From Bdellovibrionota bacterium (GTDB lineage: Bacteria > Bdellovibrionota_C > UBA2361 > CALJRW01), in NCBI GenBank assembly GCA_041740355.1, contig JBGSMD010000015.1, forward strand, positions 32,001 through 96,000: a stretch of DNA of 64,000 bases, read 5' to 3'. The notes below the pieces were generated by a model. The model saw only the letters and a program-made list of their open reading frames with translations. It had not been told where the DNA came from and did not search any database. Shown here one piece after another: positions 10,565 through 21,369 of this stretch. The position numbers and the translations under genes are program-made. Each line of letters starts with the position of its first letter. Within the stretch, counting starts at the first letter, position 1.

Positions 10565-10702
10565 ATTAAGCTAACTTTAGCATTGTCATACTAAATCAAA
10601 TTCCTTAGTATTGTAATAGTTCACATCACATGAAAGGGTTCAGAATACCTAAAAAATTGTGGGTGGGGAAACTATCCGTTCACAGAAATGGAATAAATCA
10701 TT

Positions 10703-10736
10703 TCCGCCGTTGCACTTGGTGCTATGGCGTGACAAG
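10703..10736 (+). repeat. REP-like repeat family B, variant
   Basis: tccgccgttgcacttggtgctatggcgtgacaag keeps the TCCGCC start and GGCG(T)GACAAG end of family B. Confidence 0.5.
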
Positions 10737-10833
10737 CAGATTTTGACCAAGGAACAAATTAACTTTTTGCTCTTTAAAAATCTTTGCAAAGCACTGTTGA
10801 CTTCTTTGTGAACGGATACCTAAGATTTAGCCT

Positions 10834-11451
10834 ATGTCAAAAAAACAAACAGCACTATGTGCACTCTTCCTACCCCTTGCCATTTTAATTGGATATTTTC
10901 TTTACGTTACAATAATTAGTGGTCAACCTTATACCTCGATCAACCTACTTCAAAATACAAAAGCACAACTTGGCAATTTCAGTTTTAGTTCCATAGATCA
11001 AAGCAGCACCAGCAAAATTGACCCGCTACCCTTATCTCCAAAAGGGAACCCTTACCGCATAAACCTTACCGTGGGATACACACATAAAGTGGGTCGTGCG
11101 AGCTTAAAGCAAACAGAGTATTCTCACCATTTAACAGTAAGAGATCCTAGTGGGCAGATTCTTAAGGAAAGTTCTAAAACCTATAAAAAGAAAAATAAGC
11201 TTGGCGGTAACACAAAACTAACAGTTAACACAGAATCCTTGGGTACTCTAAGGGTAACAAAAGATGATATTTATGATTTAGACTTAAAGGTTGACAGTGG
11301 GAATGCTGAAATTCACTCTATTCAGTTACATATAAGAAAGAATGTTGTAGAATTTAATCCAATAATTTTAATCCTGTTAATCTTAAGCATTTTTCCCGGA
11401 TTTATCTTAACAATAAAAAATTTCTCTAAAAAAGAAAGAATTATTAACTAG
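10834..11451 (+). CDS. Hypothetical membrane protein (N- and C-terminal TM, periplasmic beta-rich domain)
   Basis: Two hydrophobic segments flanking a soluble domain. Confidence 0.65.
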   Translation: MSKKQTALCALFLPLAILIGYFLYVTIISGQPYTSINLLQNTKAQLGNFSFSSIDQSSTSKIDPLPLSPKGNPYRINLTVGYTHKVGRASLKQTEYSHHLTVRDPSGQILKESSKTYKKKNKLGGNTKLTVNTESLGTLRVTKDDIYDLDLKVDSGNAEIHSIQLHIRKNVVEFNPIILILLILSIFPGFILTIKNFSKKERIIN

Positions 11452-11563
11452 TTAGTTAATCAGCTAAAAATATTGAGTATGCTAGTTAAACAAGTCGACA
11501 ACTAAACGGTCTTAAAAAAAATAGACAAAACAAGTAACAAATTGATTCTAAGAGCCATAACCT

Positions 11564-13786
11564 GTGGCAATGGACCCATTGTTTAACCAGAGAATTTTAC
11601 CTGCAAATTACGAGGCAAGTCCCTTAGCTGCTAGTAAAGCCTTGCTCGTAGCTTGTGACAAATGTGCAATTGAGGAACTACTTACTCTCGGTTTAAAGCC
11701 CAACTTAGAAGAACATCAACATTGGACAGATATCATTTTTTCTATTCCAAATGTCGACTGGATTCAAACTGGAAAACTCGTCTTATTCTTATTTGATCAT
11801 GTCAAAGCAGTTTCGGACTCTGGACTACCCTTTCCTACGGCAGAAGAGTTAACTCAAATTGCTGCTAGTAAATTCTCTAAATATTTTGACCAAGCAGGAG
11901 ATTTTGGTAGTAAATTCATATTTGAATACATGTCGGCTCCATGCGAACCAAGTAAGCGACTACTAGCAGGATTTGCACCCTCAATTATCCCTGACTACTT
12001 TGCTTGCAATTTAAATTCGATAGAATTAAATCCAGAAAATAAAGAAACGATTGTTAGTAATATTAATACGATTAGGCCATTTTTTGCTTTGCTAAAAATG
12101 GTAGCAGAAACCTTACCAGAACACTTTGAAGAAATATTTCAAGGAATAAAAACAGATGTATTAGAACATAAGTCTATTATGGCGTCGCGGGAAGATCATA
12201 ATGGTAGTTGGATCCAAATGATTTACTTTGGAATGCTTGTAAATCTTCATCAGCAATCCTTTGAAGTTCTTCAGGAAATTTGTATCGACCGTAAAGTTGC
12301 TGGCTCAGTTTACACTCTATATAAATCCTTATACTTAAACGAGCTACAGAATGATTTTCAACAAGCCTGCACTCATAAAGATATCATTTTTGATCTGCCG
12401 GCACGTGAGCAAAAAAAATTAGGAGATATTATTCAACATGTTAATGAGTCCGCTGTTGAGATTTTTAAATTTTATCTCGAAAATCCAAAATTAATTCCGC
12501 TACTAGAAAAAATTGCAAAATCTAATGTGGAAGAATTTCAGAAGCAGCAAGCAATAATTTCTTTTGTTCAACATCTCACAAATGGGTCTCCTGATCTCCA
12601 AAATTTAATATTGGCAGCGTCCACAGATCCGAAGAAATTGATTGCAATTTTAAACCCAGAATTCCTGTGTAATCTCAGTAGCGCAACTGCTGATTTTTGT
12701 AATAAAGTTCACGCTTTCTTACTTCTCTCCAAAGACCCGGCTCTTTACTCGCCATTAATAGTTGCAATTGAAAACGACGAACAAGATCGTGCCAGTATTA
12801 TGTTAGCGGGCATTAAATTCATTAATAAGCCTGGGGATCTAGCTAATCATTCGAAGCGAATTACTTATGTTGAACGAATAGCGCATCTTTCAGAATCAGA
12901 TTTACCAAACGTCATTGATGAGAATTTTGTTTTCCAGATAATTTCTCACAAATCCCCAAAGAATCTTAACGGATCAAACGAATCCGAATGCTTTTCAAAA
13001 TCTAAACGAAAGTTATTTAACTTTACCGATTCATCACTCAATAGTATCTATAATAGATTCCAAGCTTTAAAATCTGGCCGACTTTTTATTGACTTAGTAA
13101 ATAGTTTTGGCGAAAAATCAAAGTCAGTCCTAAAGGCTGTTGAACATATTGAGAAACACCTAGAGAATGATTTTTATAGATCATTCCTAAACGATCCAGA
13201 ACTTCGTCGCAACTATTTTCAGTCAATTTTAGTGAACTCTGATTTTCAACAAGAATTTGAAGAAAGAATGGTACTTAACAGAAGCCAAAAAGTGAATACA
13301 AAATCAGAAGTAGAGCTTTTTAAAAAGTGGTTTCAAAGTAAGATTCAAGAATCGAAGCTACCTCCAACAAATGGATCTGTGCTTCAAACTGAATCCGAAG
13401 AACCTTCCAATATTACCTCACATTTTAGACCTCCACCACCATTTAATAGAATAGTGATTGTTGCCCCAACTGAGAAAATTAGATTGGATTTAATTCGAAT
13501 TCGGGCAACAATCCCAAGCCTAAGTCCCAATATGATTCAAATTATTAACTCAGAGATGAGAACCCCGCTTTTGGATACCGCACGCCATTTGAAGCCAGAC
13601 CGCTTAATGCTTTTTATGGCTTCTAATTGCTCCCATTCCACTTACTATTCATTATTAGCTAACATTCCTGATTCCCGTCGGAATAATCTTTATAAGTTTT
13701 ATGGAGTTGGTGCGCTCAATAAACTTCTGGGCGAATTAGACTCTTGGAAGAAAATTTTTGATGATATTGAAACTAATAAAATATAA
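11564..13786 (+). CDS. Large hypothetical cytoplasmic protein
   Basis: 740-aa uninterrupted ORF, probably helical; no motif recognised. Confidence 0.7.
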   Translation: MAMDPLFNQRILPANYEASPLAASKALLVACDKCAIEELLTLGLKPNLEEHQHWTDIIFSIPNVDWIQTGKLVLFLFDHVKAVSDSGLPFPTAEELTQIAASKFSKYFDQAGDFGSKFIFEYMSAPCEPSKRLLAGFAPSIIPDYFACNLNSIELNPENKETIVSNINTIRPFFALLKMVAETLPEHFEEIFQGIKTDVLEHKSIMASREDHNGSWIQMIYFGMLVNLHQQSFEVLQEICIDRKVAGSVYTLYKSLYLNELQNDFQQACTHKDIIFDLPAREQKKLGDIIQHVNESAVEIFKFYLENPKLIPLLEKIAKSNVEEFQKQQAIISFVQHLTNGSPDLQNLILAASTDPKKLIAILNPEFLCNLSSATADFCNKVHAFLLLSKDPALYSPLIVAIENDEQDRASIMLAGIKFINKPGDLANHSKRITYVERIAHLSESDLPNVIDENFVFQIISHKSPKNLNGSNESECFSKSKRKLFNFTDSSLNSIYNRFQALKSGRLFIDLVNSFGEKSKSVLKAVEHIEKHLENDFYRSFLNDPELRRNYFQSILVNSDFQQEFEERMVLNRSQKVNTKSEVELFKKWFQSKIQESKLPPTNGSVLQTESEEPSNITSHFRPPPPFNRIVIVAPTEKIRLDLIRIRATIPSLSPNMIQIINSEMRTPLLDTARHLKPDRLMLFMASNCSHSTYYSLLANIPDSRRNNLYKFYGVGALNKLLGELDSWKKIFDDIETNKI

Positions 13787-14210
13787 GCTTAGCACCTAAG
13801 CTATCTTTATTTTTCTGGAGACGTCTAGCTAAATCAGCTCTTCTTTCGACTACTATCTTACGACGATTAGTTAATCCATCTAAACTATCAATTATAGCTT
13901 GATCTCCAGAAGTAAATGCCTGCTTATTTAAGTTGACTCTCAGAACTATCTCAGTGAAGATCCCTTGTCTTGCTTCTCCCAGAGATAATTTTTGATATTC
14001 ATTTTGAAGTTTACTAATTTCTTCATCCGCCAATCTTACGTTCTTTAGATTACCCAAAAACTTATTCTCTAAATTGGAAATTTCTTGATCGAATTTACTT
14101 AATTCATTAGTAAGTGATTGGATCTTTTGATTGGTATCATAGCCATAGGCAATCAATAAAATTACAAAAAACACACTCAAGAAAATTATCAGGATCTTTG
14201 TTTGTCGCAT
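13773..14210 (-). CDS. Membrane-anchored coiled-coil protein, possibly a divergent LemA-like protein
   Basis: N-terminal TM plus helical region (LDGLTNRRKIVVERR resembles the LemA ENRIAVER motif); lies downstream of lemA. Confidence 0.55.
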   Translation of the reverse strand: MRQTKILIIFLSVFFVILLIAYGYDTNQKIQSLTNELSKFDQEISNLENKFLGNLKNVRLADEEISKLQNEYQKLSLGEARQGIFTEIVLRVNLNKQAFTSGDQAIIDSLDGLTNRRKIVVERRADLARRLQKNKDSLGAKLIFY

Positions 14211-14284
14211 GATAGTATAAAGAAAATATTAAATTACCTAAGAATCATATTGCTCAAAATGTTTATCGTTTAGAAAAAGTAATT

Positions 14285-14842
14285 TTAGGACTCTAGATTT
14301 ACAATTGGAGTCTGGTTAACTTCATCAGGGGCATCAAAAAATATTCGCTTTTCAAAGCCACCTAACATCGATGCGAGGTTAGATGGAAAGATTAATTGTA
14401 AGTTTTGGTAAAGACTTACCGATTGGTTATAAGCATGACGTCTTTCAGCAATTAAATTTTCTGTATCACTAAGCTCAGTTTGCAGGGTTAAAAATTGCTC
14501 ACTAGCTTTAAGATCAGGGTAACTCTCCGCAATGGCCATTAACTGAAATACTGAGTTATTTAATTCTGGTAAAGCTTGATTAGCCTTTTCTGCCCTAGAA
14601 GAATCTATACCCTTAGTCCTGGCTTGAATTGTTTCCAAAAGTGTACTCTTTTCATGACTGGCATACCCTTTTGCTACAGACACAAGGTTTGCAATCAAAT
14701 CAAAGCGTCGCTTTAACTGCACTTCTACATTAGACCAAGCTTGATCAACACCTGTTCGCGCTGAAATTAATGCATTGAAAGTTAAGTAGTACCAATAAAG
14801 GATTACTAAACCAATAATTATTATTACACTTGTTATTACCAT
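14285..14842 (-). CDS. lemA: LemA family protein
   Basis: AWSNVEVQLKRRFDLIANLV, AESYPDLKAS, ELSDTENLIA.RR.YN. Confidence 0.92.
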   Translation of the reverse strand: MVITSVIIIIGLVILYWYYLTFNALISARTGVDQAWSNVEVQLKRRFDLIANLVSVAKGYASHEKSTLLETIQARTKGIDSSRAEKANQALPELNNSVFQLMAIAESYPDLKASEQFLTLQTELSDTENLIAERRHAYNQSVSLYQNLQLIFPSNLASMLGGFEKRIFFDAPDEVNQTPIVNLES

Positions 14843-16047
14843 CCTCTTGACGCTCCTCCTCCACCACTGGAACCACCTCCAAAACTTCCACCACCGCTAC
14901 TACCCGAGGAAGAACTACTGGAAGAACTAATTCTTGGAATTATTTGTTCCTTTGTGAAATTAAATTTACAATCCTGGCAAACAAATTCCTCCAAGCTTTT
15001 TCCTGAATTGCTTCGAGTTGCATGAACTAAGATTGTAGTTTTTTTATGCTTCCCAGTAAGCGCCTGACACTGTGGACATTTCTGAGCTCTTGTAAAAAAT
15101 GTTTTATACCCTTTTACTTCGTTATGCAGGCAAGCAGAACAATGCCAAACATCATAATCTACTGATTTGAATTTTTCCTCAGCTAATTGCGACTTATTCA
15201 AATGCTGATCATCAAGATCTTCAGCAAGTCGAACCATCGGAGAGGAGCAATGCTTACATTTTTTGGGAGCATTTCTTTTATATCGGCTTAGATTTAATAG
15301 GGTAGCAAAAAACCCTAGGATACCTGCGATGATATGAGTTACTGAATCTAGTTTTCCTGGGACTAAGGTGTAATAGTATTTGCCGCCTAAAAATAATGAT
15401 ACTAAGAGTAGTATAAAAAATATAAAAACCACAGGACTATAAGATTTACGACCAAATAATATAGCATACAAAAAGAAAGCTCCCGCAACTATAGCAAAGC
15501 CAAAGCTTAGATGTTGAAATTTTTTCCGTGCGCTGAGTAGGTACCAAGGCGTAGAGCTTGAAACGCCCTTGGCCATTTCCGGATTGTTGCGTAATGTACC
15601 AATAACTCTAAGTGTCGTTTGAGTTATCCCCTCCTGATAATTACCCTGCTTAAAAAATGGAATTGCCTTTTCATCTAAAATCTCTCCACATAAAGAATCA
15701 GTCAATAAATCTTCTAAGCCATAGCCAACATGAATTCTGGTTTTCCTGGTAAGAACTGCAACTATAATTAACACGCCATTATTAAACTCACGCTTACCAA
15801 TACCCCATTCATTAAATGTCTGCTGAGCAAAATCTTCTATTGAAGCTCCTCCTGTATCATCTACCGTTAATACTGCGACCTCCGCAGAAGTTTCTCTTTC
15901 TAGTTGAATTAATTGCTGATTAAGAGAATTTTCGGCTGCCTCAGTCAGCAGATTAGCACGATCGTAAACTGCTGGACCTGACTGAGCCAGAGAGGAACTG
16001 GAAACCAAGAAAAAGAAAGTTAAAAAAATGACTAGATATCGAATCAA
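14836..16047 (-). CDS. TPM domain (YgcG-like) membrane protein with CxxC zinc-ribbon region
   Basis: VYDRANLL, FNEWGIG...NNGVLI, VGYGLE; CxxC pairs (CKHC, CSAC, CPQC, CQDC); terminal SFGGGSSGGGGASRGW. Confidence 0.88.
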   Translation of the reverse strand: MIRYLVIFLTFFFLVSSSSLAQSGPAVYDRANLLTEAAENSLNQQLIQLERETSAEVAVLTVDDTGGASIEDFAQQTFNEWGIGKREFNNGVLIIVAVLTRKTRIHVGYGLEDLLTDSLCGEILDEKAIPFFKQGNYQEGITQTTLRVIGTLRNNPEMAKGVSSSTPWYLLSARKKFQHLSFGFAIVAGAFFLYAILFGRKSYSPVVFIFFILLLVSLFLGGKYYYTLVPGKLDSVTHIIAGILGFFATLLNLSRYKRNAPKKCKHCSSPMVRLAEDLDDQHLNKSQLAEEKFKSVDYDVWHCSACLHNEVKGYKTFFTRAQKCPQCQALTGKHKKTTILVHATRSNSGKSLEEFVCQDCKFNFTKEQIIPRISSSSSSSSGSSGGGSFGGGSSGGGGASRGW

Positions 16048-16205
16048 GTTAGACTTTAAAAAAACTATGCTTCAATATTTTAAACGTGAGCTAGGGCTGT
16101 TAGCAAGATATTGTTTGTGTTGCCCTAATCCGAGTAAACCATTTGCCTTTACCTAAAAAAACTGCCACAGTTATCCGCGCAAATCTTTTAATCTAAAAAT
16201 TAATT

Positions 16206-17159
16206 ATGACTATAACCTGGACTCTCTCTCAAGCCCAAGAAATTTTTAATTTGCCATTTAACGACCTGCTTTTCCAAGCCCAAACTGTCCATCGAGCAAA
16301 TTTTAAGCCAAATTCTTTACAAATTAGCACGCTCCTTAGTATTAAAACCGGAAGTTGCCCTGAAAACTGTTCCTATTGTCCGCAGTCGGCACATCATCAA
16401 ACTGGTTTAAAAAAAGAACCATTAATAAAAATTGATGAGGTTATTGAAGCCGCCAAACGAGCTAAAGCCGCTGGCAGTACTCGATTCTGTATGGGTGCTG
16501 CTTGGCGCGGACCTAAAGATCAGGACTTAGAAAAAGTCTGTGAAATGGTCAAAGAAGTTAAAAGCCTTGGACTAGAAACATGCGTCACTCTTGGACTATT
16601 AAAAGATCATCAAGCTTCAATGCTAAAAGAGGCTGGATTAGATTTCTATAATCATAATATTGATACATCCGAAGAGTATTACGAGAAGATTATTACAACC
16701 CGTACATTTGCGGATCGTTTACAAACGCTAGAAAATGTTCGCAACGCAAATCTAAAAGTTTGTTGTGGGGGCATTCTGGGAATGGGAGAAACCAATGACG
16801 ATCGTTTAAAAATGTTGTTAGAGTTGGCAAATCTAACTGAACAACCAGAATCAGTTCCTATAAACCAATTGATAAAAATTCCTGGCACACCGCTAGCAAA
16901 TGTGGCGGATGTCGATCCTTTTGATTTTGTAAGAACAATTGCTTTGGCCAGAATTTTAATGCCAAAATCCTATGTTCGCTTATCTGCGGGGCGAGAGCAA
17001 ATGTCTGATGAACTTCAAGCACTCTGCTTTATGGCTGGTGCTAATTCCATTTTCTACGGCGAGAAATTACTTACCGCTGACAATCCTGAACCCGAAGAAG
17101 ACAATCGTCTACTCCAAAGACTTGGATTAGAAAGAGAATCTTTAAATTTGATTAATTAA
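16206..17159 (+). CDS. bioB: Biotin synthase
   Basis: Radical SAM motif [37 protein letters not shown]. Confidence 0.97.
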   Translation: MTITWTLSQAQEIFNLPFNDLLFQAQTVHRANFKPNSLQISTLLSIKTGSCPENCSYCPQSAHHQTGLKKEPLIKIDEVIEAAKRAKAAGSTRFCMGAAWRGPKDQDLEKVCEMVKEVKSLGLETCVTLGLLKDHQASMLKEAGLDFYNHNIDTSEEYYEKIITTRTFADRLQTLENVRNANLKVCCGGILGMGETNDDRLKMLLELANLTEQPESVPINQLIKIPGTPLANVADVDPFDFVRTIALARILMPKSYVRLSAGREQMSDELQALCFMAGANSIFYGEKLLTADNPEPEEDNRLLQRLGLERESLNLIN

Positions 17160-17163
17160 GCAT

Positions 17164-17200
17164 AAAAAAAGGTTCGAGAAAAATCTTTTCTCGAACCCCT
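17164..17200. terminator. Intrinsic terminator between convergent bioB and helicase genes
   Basis: aaaaaaa-ggttcgagaaaa...ttttctcgaacc hairpin; the poly-U tail is on the minus strand. Confidence 0.75.
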
Positions 17201-17234
17201 TCTTAAGAGCAATCAGTAGAACAATACGTTCTGG

Positions 17235-18506
17235 TTAGTAAGAACGATTTCTTCCACCACCTCCACCACCAGCGCGAGAGAATCTTCTTCCACCACCACG
17301 TCTAGCAGTTCCGGCTGGCCGCTTTTCAGCACCACGAGATTCACCTTGTCTATTAAACGGCAATGAATGCTCCGACATATCAAACTTAATTGATGTTAAG
17401 TTTTCAATTTTACGAATATCTCTAGATTGTTGGGGAGATGCAAAGGAAATTGCCCGACCAGACTTACCAGCACGTCCAGTTCTACCAATACGGTGAACAT
17501 AATCCTCGGCCGCTTGAGGTAAGTCATAATTTACAACTAATTCAATGTCCGAAACATCAATTCCACGAGCAGCAATATCTGTTGCAATTAATACTTGATA
17601 TTTACCTTGACGAAAACCATCAAGTGCCTGACGACGTTGAGCCATCGAACGGTCGGAATGCAATTCCGCCGTGTCAAAACCCATATCGTAAACCATACGA
17701 GCTAACTTCTTCGTTCCGATTTTAGTTTTTGCAAAGACAATAGTTTGTCCCGTTGAACCATCAAGGATTTTTCCAAGCATGTTGGTCTTATCAGACTGAG
17801 CAACGACACAAAGTTCTTGACGAACAAGTTCCCCAGTAACTCCTTGTTTAGTAACTTCAATTTGTACTGGATTTATCAGATGGCGATTAGACAAATCACG
17901 AATCTCTTCAGGCATTGTGGCCGAAAACAACATTGTCTGCCGATCTTTAGGAGCCAAATTTAAGATTTCTTTGATCTGTGGTGCAAATCCGATATCAAAC
18001 ATTCGATCAGCTTCATCTAAAACGATAGTTTTACAATTGTTTAAGTTAAAAGTACGACGATTCAAATGATCTTGGAGTCGTCCAGGTGTTGCAATAATAA
18101 TTCGTGGAGTTTTTTTAAAGCGCATTCTTTGTCTTTCCATTGGTACACCACCAATTAAGGTTACAGATGACAATTGAAATTTAAGATGGTCCGAAATATT
18201 ACGGAAAGCTTCCTCAACCTGCCAAGCTAATTCTCTAGTCGGCACAATTACTAATGCTTGCTCAGAATTCATGGAAAGTTTTTGCATAATCGGCAAGGCA
18301 AAAGCTAATGTTTTACCAGTTCCAGTTTGAGCAATACCAATTAAGTCTTTTCCAGAAATCGCAACAGGGATTGCTTGCTCTTGAATTGCTGTTGGGATAG
18401 TAAAGTTTTTCTTAAGTAATACTTGGTTTAGTTCTGCTGAAACACCTAACGCGATAAACGCAGACGTATCAATAGGCTGTGGCACACAGCTCTCTTGCTG
18501 ATTCAT
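17235..18506 (-). CDS. rhlE: DEAD-box RNA helicase, RhlE-like
   Basis: Q motif, AQTGTGKT, PTRELA, LDEAD, SAT, ARGID, HRIGRTGR and an RGG-rich tail. ATG at 18506 follows an AGGAG RBS. Confidence 0.88.
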   Translation of the reverse strand: MNQQESCVPQPIDTSAFIALGVSAELNQVLLKKNFTIPTAIQEQAIPVAISGKDLIGIAQTGTGKTLAFALPIMQKLSMNSEQALVIVPTRELAWQVEEAFRNISDHLKFQLSSVTLIGGVPMERQRMRFKKTPRIIIATPGRLQDHLNRRTFNLNNCKTIVLDEADRMFDIGFAPQIKEILNLAPKDRQTMLFSATMPEEIRDLSNRHLINPVQIEVTKQGVTGELVRQELCVVAQSDKTNMLGKILDGSTGQTIVFAKTKIGTKKLARMVYDMGFDTAELHSDRSMAQRRQALDGFRQGKYQVLIATDIAARGIDVSDIELVVNYDLPQAAEDYVHRIGRTGRAGKSGRAISFASPQQSRDIRKIENLTSIKFDMSEHSLPFNRQGESRGAEKRPAGTARRGGGRRFSRAGGGGGGRNRSY

Positions 18507-18680
18507 TTTTTCTCCTGAGTAGCTAACCCAAAACAACTAATTCATTATGATTAATGCTTAGCGATGGGTATTCAATAGGGCAAAGCCGAATTGAAAAGTA
18601 AATAAACAATACTCTAGCTCTCAAAAGACAAAGGCAATTGTAAGATAGTGATTTGTTAGTACGAACGCACTTGGCGTCCA

Positions 18681-18715
18681 GGCGCGGACTATACAGTAGA
18701 TTCCTACATAGTCAA
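18681..18715 (-). promoter_or_regulatory. Sigma70-type promoter with GC-rich discriminator upstream of the helicase
   Basis: Minus strand reads TTGACT-16 bp-TATAGT-CCGCGCC. Confidence 0.6.
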
Positions 18716-18757
18716 CTGCAGATATGCTTGGCGACTAGTTTATGGGTTCAACTCTCA

Positions 18758-18906
18758 AATATAGTAAGTCCAGGAAGTACTTTCCAATAGGAATTACTTT
18801 CTGGGGCTTACTATCCCCCGCAAGCGTTATAAAATCATACGGTTATGACAAAAATCACAAAACTAACTTTTGAATCTTCGGAAATTAGTTTTTGTCATAA
18901 CTATAA
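18758..18906 (+). repeat. 149-bp double-hairpin dispersed repeat (family A), copy 2
   Basis: Seven mismatches over 149 nt against the reverse complement of 29757-29905 (manual alignment). Confidence 0.92.
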
Positions 18907-19000
18907 AATGCATATAAATCAATTACTACCAAAAAATTAAAGAATTTATTAGATTGGCCTAATAATTCTTTAGTAAACTTAATGATAGCTTTAAAAATTT

Positions 19001-20320
19001 TTAACCTGACCCTAATCTTACCTTTTTCATACCAACAAAGACCATCTTTAGTAACATTAGACCATGATAAAAGCGACGAATATTCGTCTTCCCATAGATT
19101 CGATTGCGATAATTAATAGGAAGATCTACTACCCCAAGGCCCAAAATAACTGCTGGAAAAAGTAAATTAAAGTCCCCAAAGGGATCGAATTCCCCAAAGT
19201 CTTGCCTCCACAATTGGAAACGCTGAAAGTCTGATTTTGTAAAAAGTTTTGTACCACAAAGTGAATCGCCAATTGGATATTCTAATACATGACTTAAGGC
19301 CTTAGCAAAAAAAACATTTCCAATTTGGTTTAAAAACATCATCGCCTTACCCTCCATCGGATAAACCAAACGATTGCCATTTATAAAATCCCCATGTCCC
19401 TGACAATAAGCGGCAAAGAATCTTGGTAATAGTTCAGGTGGCATAGTTAGGTCGGCATCTAGGATTGCAATCAAATTAAATTCGGCTTGTAAAACTCCCT
19501 CTTCCACGGCATTGGCCTTGCCTTCACCAGATTGCTGCACAGCTTTAATTGTAATCTGGCTTCCATACAATTCTTTTACTCTTAAAATCTCTTCCCAAGT
19601 CCGATCTTGGGAATGACCCTCAACAAAAATAACCTCAGAACAATCAAAAGATAAGGCTAATACTCGCTTAATTCCATTTTCAATATTACCATATTCATTA
19701 CGTGCAGGAATAATGATTGAAATTGCAGGAGGAGCTACTTCTTTAAGAATCGGTCTTAATATTACAATCGAGAGAAATGATAACTTTTTTATAAATGGGA
19801 TTGCAGGAAATAAGGAATTAACTAAAAAACTTATGCCAGGTATATTCACAGGCAGAAAAACTGTATTTCGAGATCTAACTATTTCAAAACCAGCTAGTTG
19901 AGTGAAATTCCTTAAATTTGTCATCGTTAAAAAATTCATTTCTGGTATTGCTTGACGCAAACCAAGCTTGCTTGCCAACTCAAAAAAGAATTTCAAGTAT
20001 GGATTATAAAGAACTAAGGCCACCCGAGATTCACGATTCATTCTACTATAAATTTGACCCAATAAGCCTAATAGATCCGAAGTGTGATTAGCATGCCCAT
20101 TAAGTAGGATTAAATTTGATTCGGAGCTATTACAACAATCGAGATCGCTAATTTGACTTAAAGTGACTTTGTCTGGAGCCTCTAATTTTCCAAAAAGAAT
20201 ATTACTGTCGTTTGCGACGGGTGGAAGTTGAATTAAGCGTGAGACATACTTGGAGATTCTGCTAATCTCCTTTGCCACAACTCCATATAAATAATCTTTA
20301 GAGTATAAATTGATAATCAT
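19001..20320 (-). CDS. GT2 glycosyltransferase (polyprenol-phosphate sugar synthase-like) with degenerate methyltransferase-like N-terminal domain
   Basis: ISIIIPARNE, VEGHSQD, ILDADLTMPPE, DSLCGTK, DPFGDF. Confidence 0.85.
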   Translation of the reverse strand: MIINLYSKDYLYGVVAKEISRISKYVSRLIQLPPVANDSNILFGKLEAPDKVTLSQISDLDCCNSSESNLILLNGHANHTSDLLGLLGQIYSRMNRESRVALVLYNPYLKFFFELASKLGLRQAIPEMNFLTMTNLRNFTQLAGFEIVRSRNTVFLPVNIPGISFLVNSLFPAIPFIKKLSFLSIVILRPILKEVAPPAISIIIPARNEYGNIENGIKRVLALSFDCSEVIFVEGHSQDRTWEEILRVKELYGSQITIKAVQQSGEGKANAVEEGVLQAEFNLIAILDADLTMPPELLPRFFAAYCQGHGDFINGNRLVYPMEGKAMMFLNQIGNVFFAKALSHVLEYPIGDSLCGTKLFTKSDFQRFQLWRQDFGEFDPFGDFNLLFPAVILGLGVVDLPINYRNRIYGKTNIRRFYHGLMLLKMVFVGMKKVRLGSG

Positions 20321-20415
20321 AAGAATTGCCGTGGAAAGTTTTTATTCCATTAAGTTTTGGTTTAGTCAGAGACAACAAACATCTAAGCACCTTTTATGAT
20401 TTACAACTAAGAAGA

Positions 20416-21369
20416 TTAAATTTTATTATTCTCAATCGCCCAGCGATAGGATTCTTCTAATCCAGCTTCTAATTCAATCTTTGGTTTCCAACCCAAATTA
20501 CTAATTCGACTAATATCCAAAACCTTGCGTGGTGTTCCATCAGGTTTAGTTAAATCGAAGACTACTTCTCCTTGATACCCAACCACCTTTTTTATTAACA
20601 ATGCTAATTCTTTTATTTCAATATCAACGCCTGATCCAATATTAATAATAGAATGAAAGGCGGTATCAGGTATAAAGTTTTTAGTATCAGTTTTAAGTAA
20701 CAAAATTAGCGCTTCAGCTAAATCATCAACATGTAAAAATTCACGCCGCGGAGCACCTGAACCCCAAATTTCAACTTCGGGTAAATTATTAATCTTAGCA
20801 TGATGTAAGCGATTTAATAAGCCTGGAATTACATGTGAATGTTCTGGGTGGTAATTATCTCCCGGTCCGTAAAGATTTGTTGGCATCACGGCAACAAAAT
20901 CTTTTCCATACTGCAATCTAAATTTCTCGCAAAGTTTAAGTCCGGCGATCTTGGCAATTGCATATCCTTCATTTGTCGGCTCTAGCGGGCCAGCTAAGAG
21001 ACATTCCTCTTTTATCGGTTGCGGCGCATGTTTTGGATAAATACATGAGCTTCCTAAATAGATTAATTTTTTAATATTAAATTCATGCGCAGCTTTGATC
21101 ACATTCCCTGCGATCATCATGTTTTCATAGAGAAAGTCTGCTTGATACTGAGAATTATAAAGAATTCCGCCGACCTTGGCTGCTGCTAAAAATACATAAT
21201 CTATCTGATTATTTGCAAAAAAGTCATTAACAGCCGATTGATTTATTAAATCTAATTCTTGATGGGTACGCACTAGGAGATTATAGTCCCCTAGTCCCGT
21301 CAATCTTCTGATAAGTGCCGAGCCTACAAGGCCACGATGTCCAGTTACAAAAATTGTGGCAGTACTCAT
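20416..21369 (-). CDS. fcl: GDP-L-fucose synthase
   Basis: GHRGLVGSA, AAAKVGGI, LGSSCIYPK, EPTNEGYAIAK, MPTNLYGP, KPDGTPRK. Confidence 0.95.
   Translation of the reverse strand: MSTATIFVTGHRGLVGSALIRRLTGLGDYNLLVRTHQELDLINQSAVNDFFANNQIDYVFLAAAKVGGILYNSQYQADFLYENMMIAGNVIKAAHEFNIKKLIYLGSSCIYPKHAPQPIKEECLLAGPLEPTNEGYAIAKIAGLKLCEKFRLQYGKDFVAVMPTNLYGPGDNYHPEHSHVIPGLLNRLHHAKINNLPEVEIWGSGAPRREFLHVDDLAEALILLLKTDTKNFIPDTAFHSIINIGSGVDIEIKELALLIKKVVGYQGEVVFDLTKPDGTPRKVLDISRISNLGWKPKIELEAGLEESYRWAIENNKI

Noticed and set aside
10620-10702. Possible riboswitch or sRNA (gggtggggaaactatcc and gaaatg...catttc hairpins)
   Set aside because: Only short stems and no recognisable aptamer consensus; an Rfam search would be needed.
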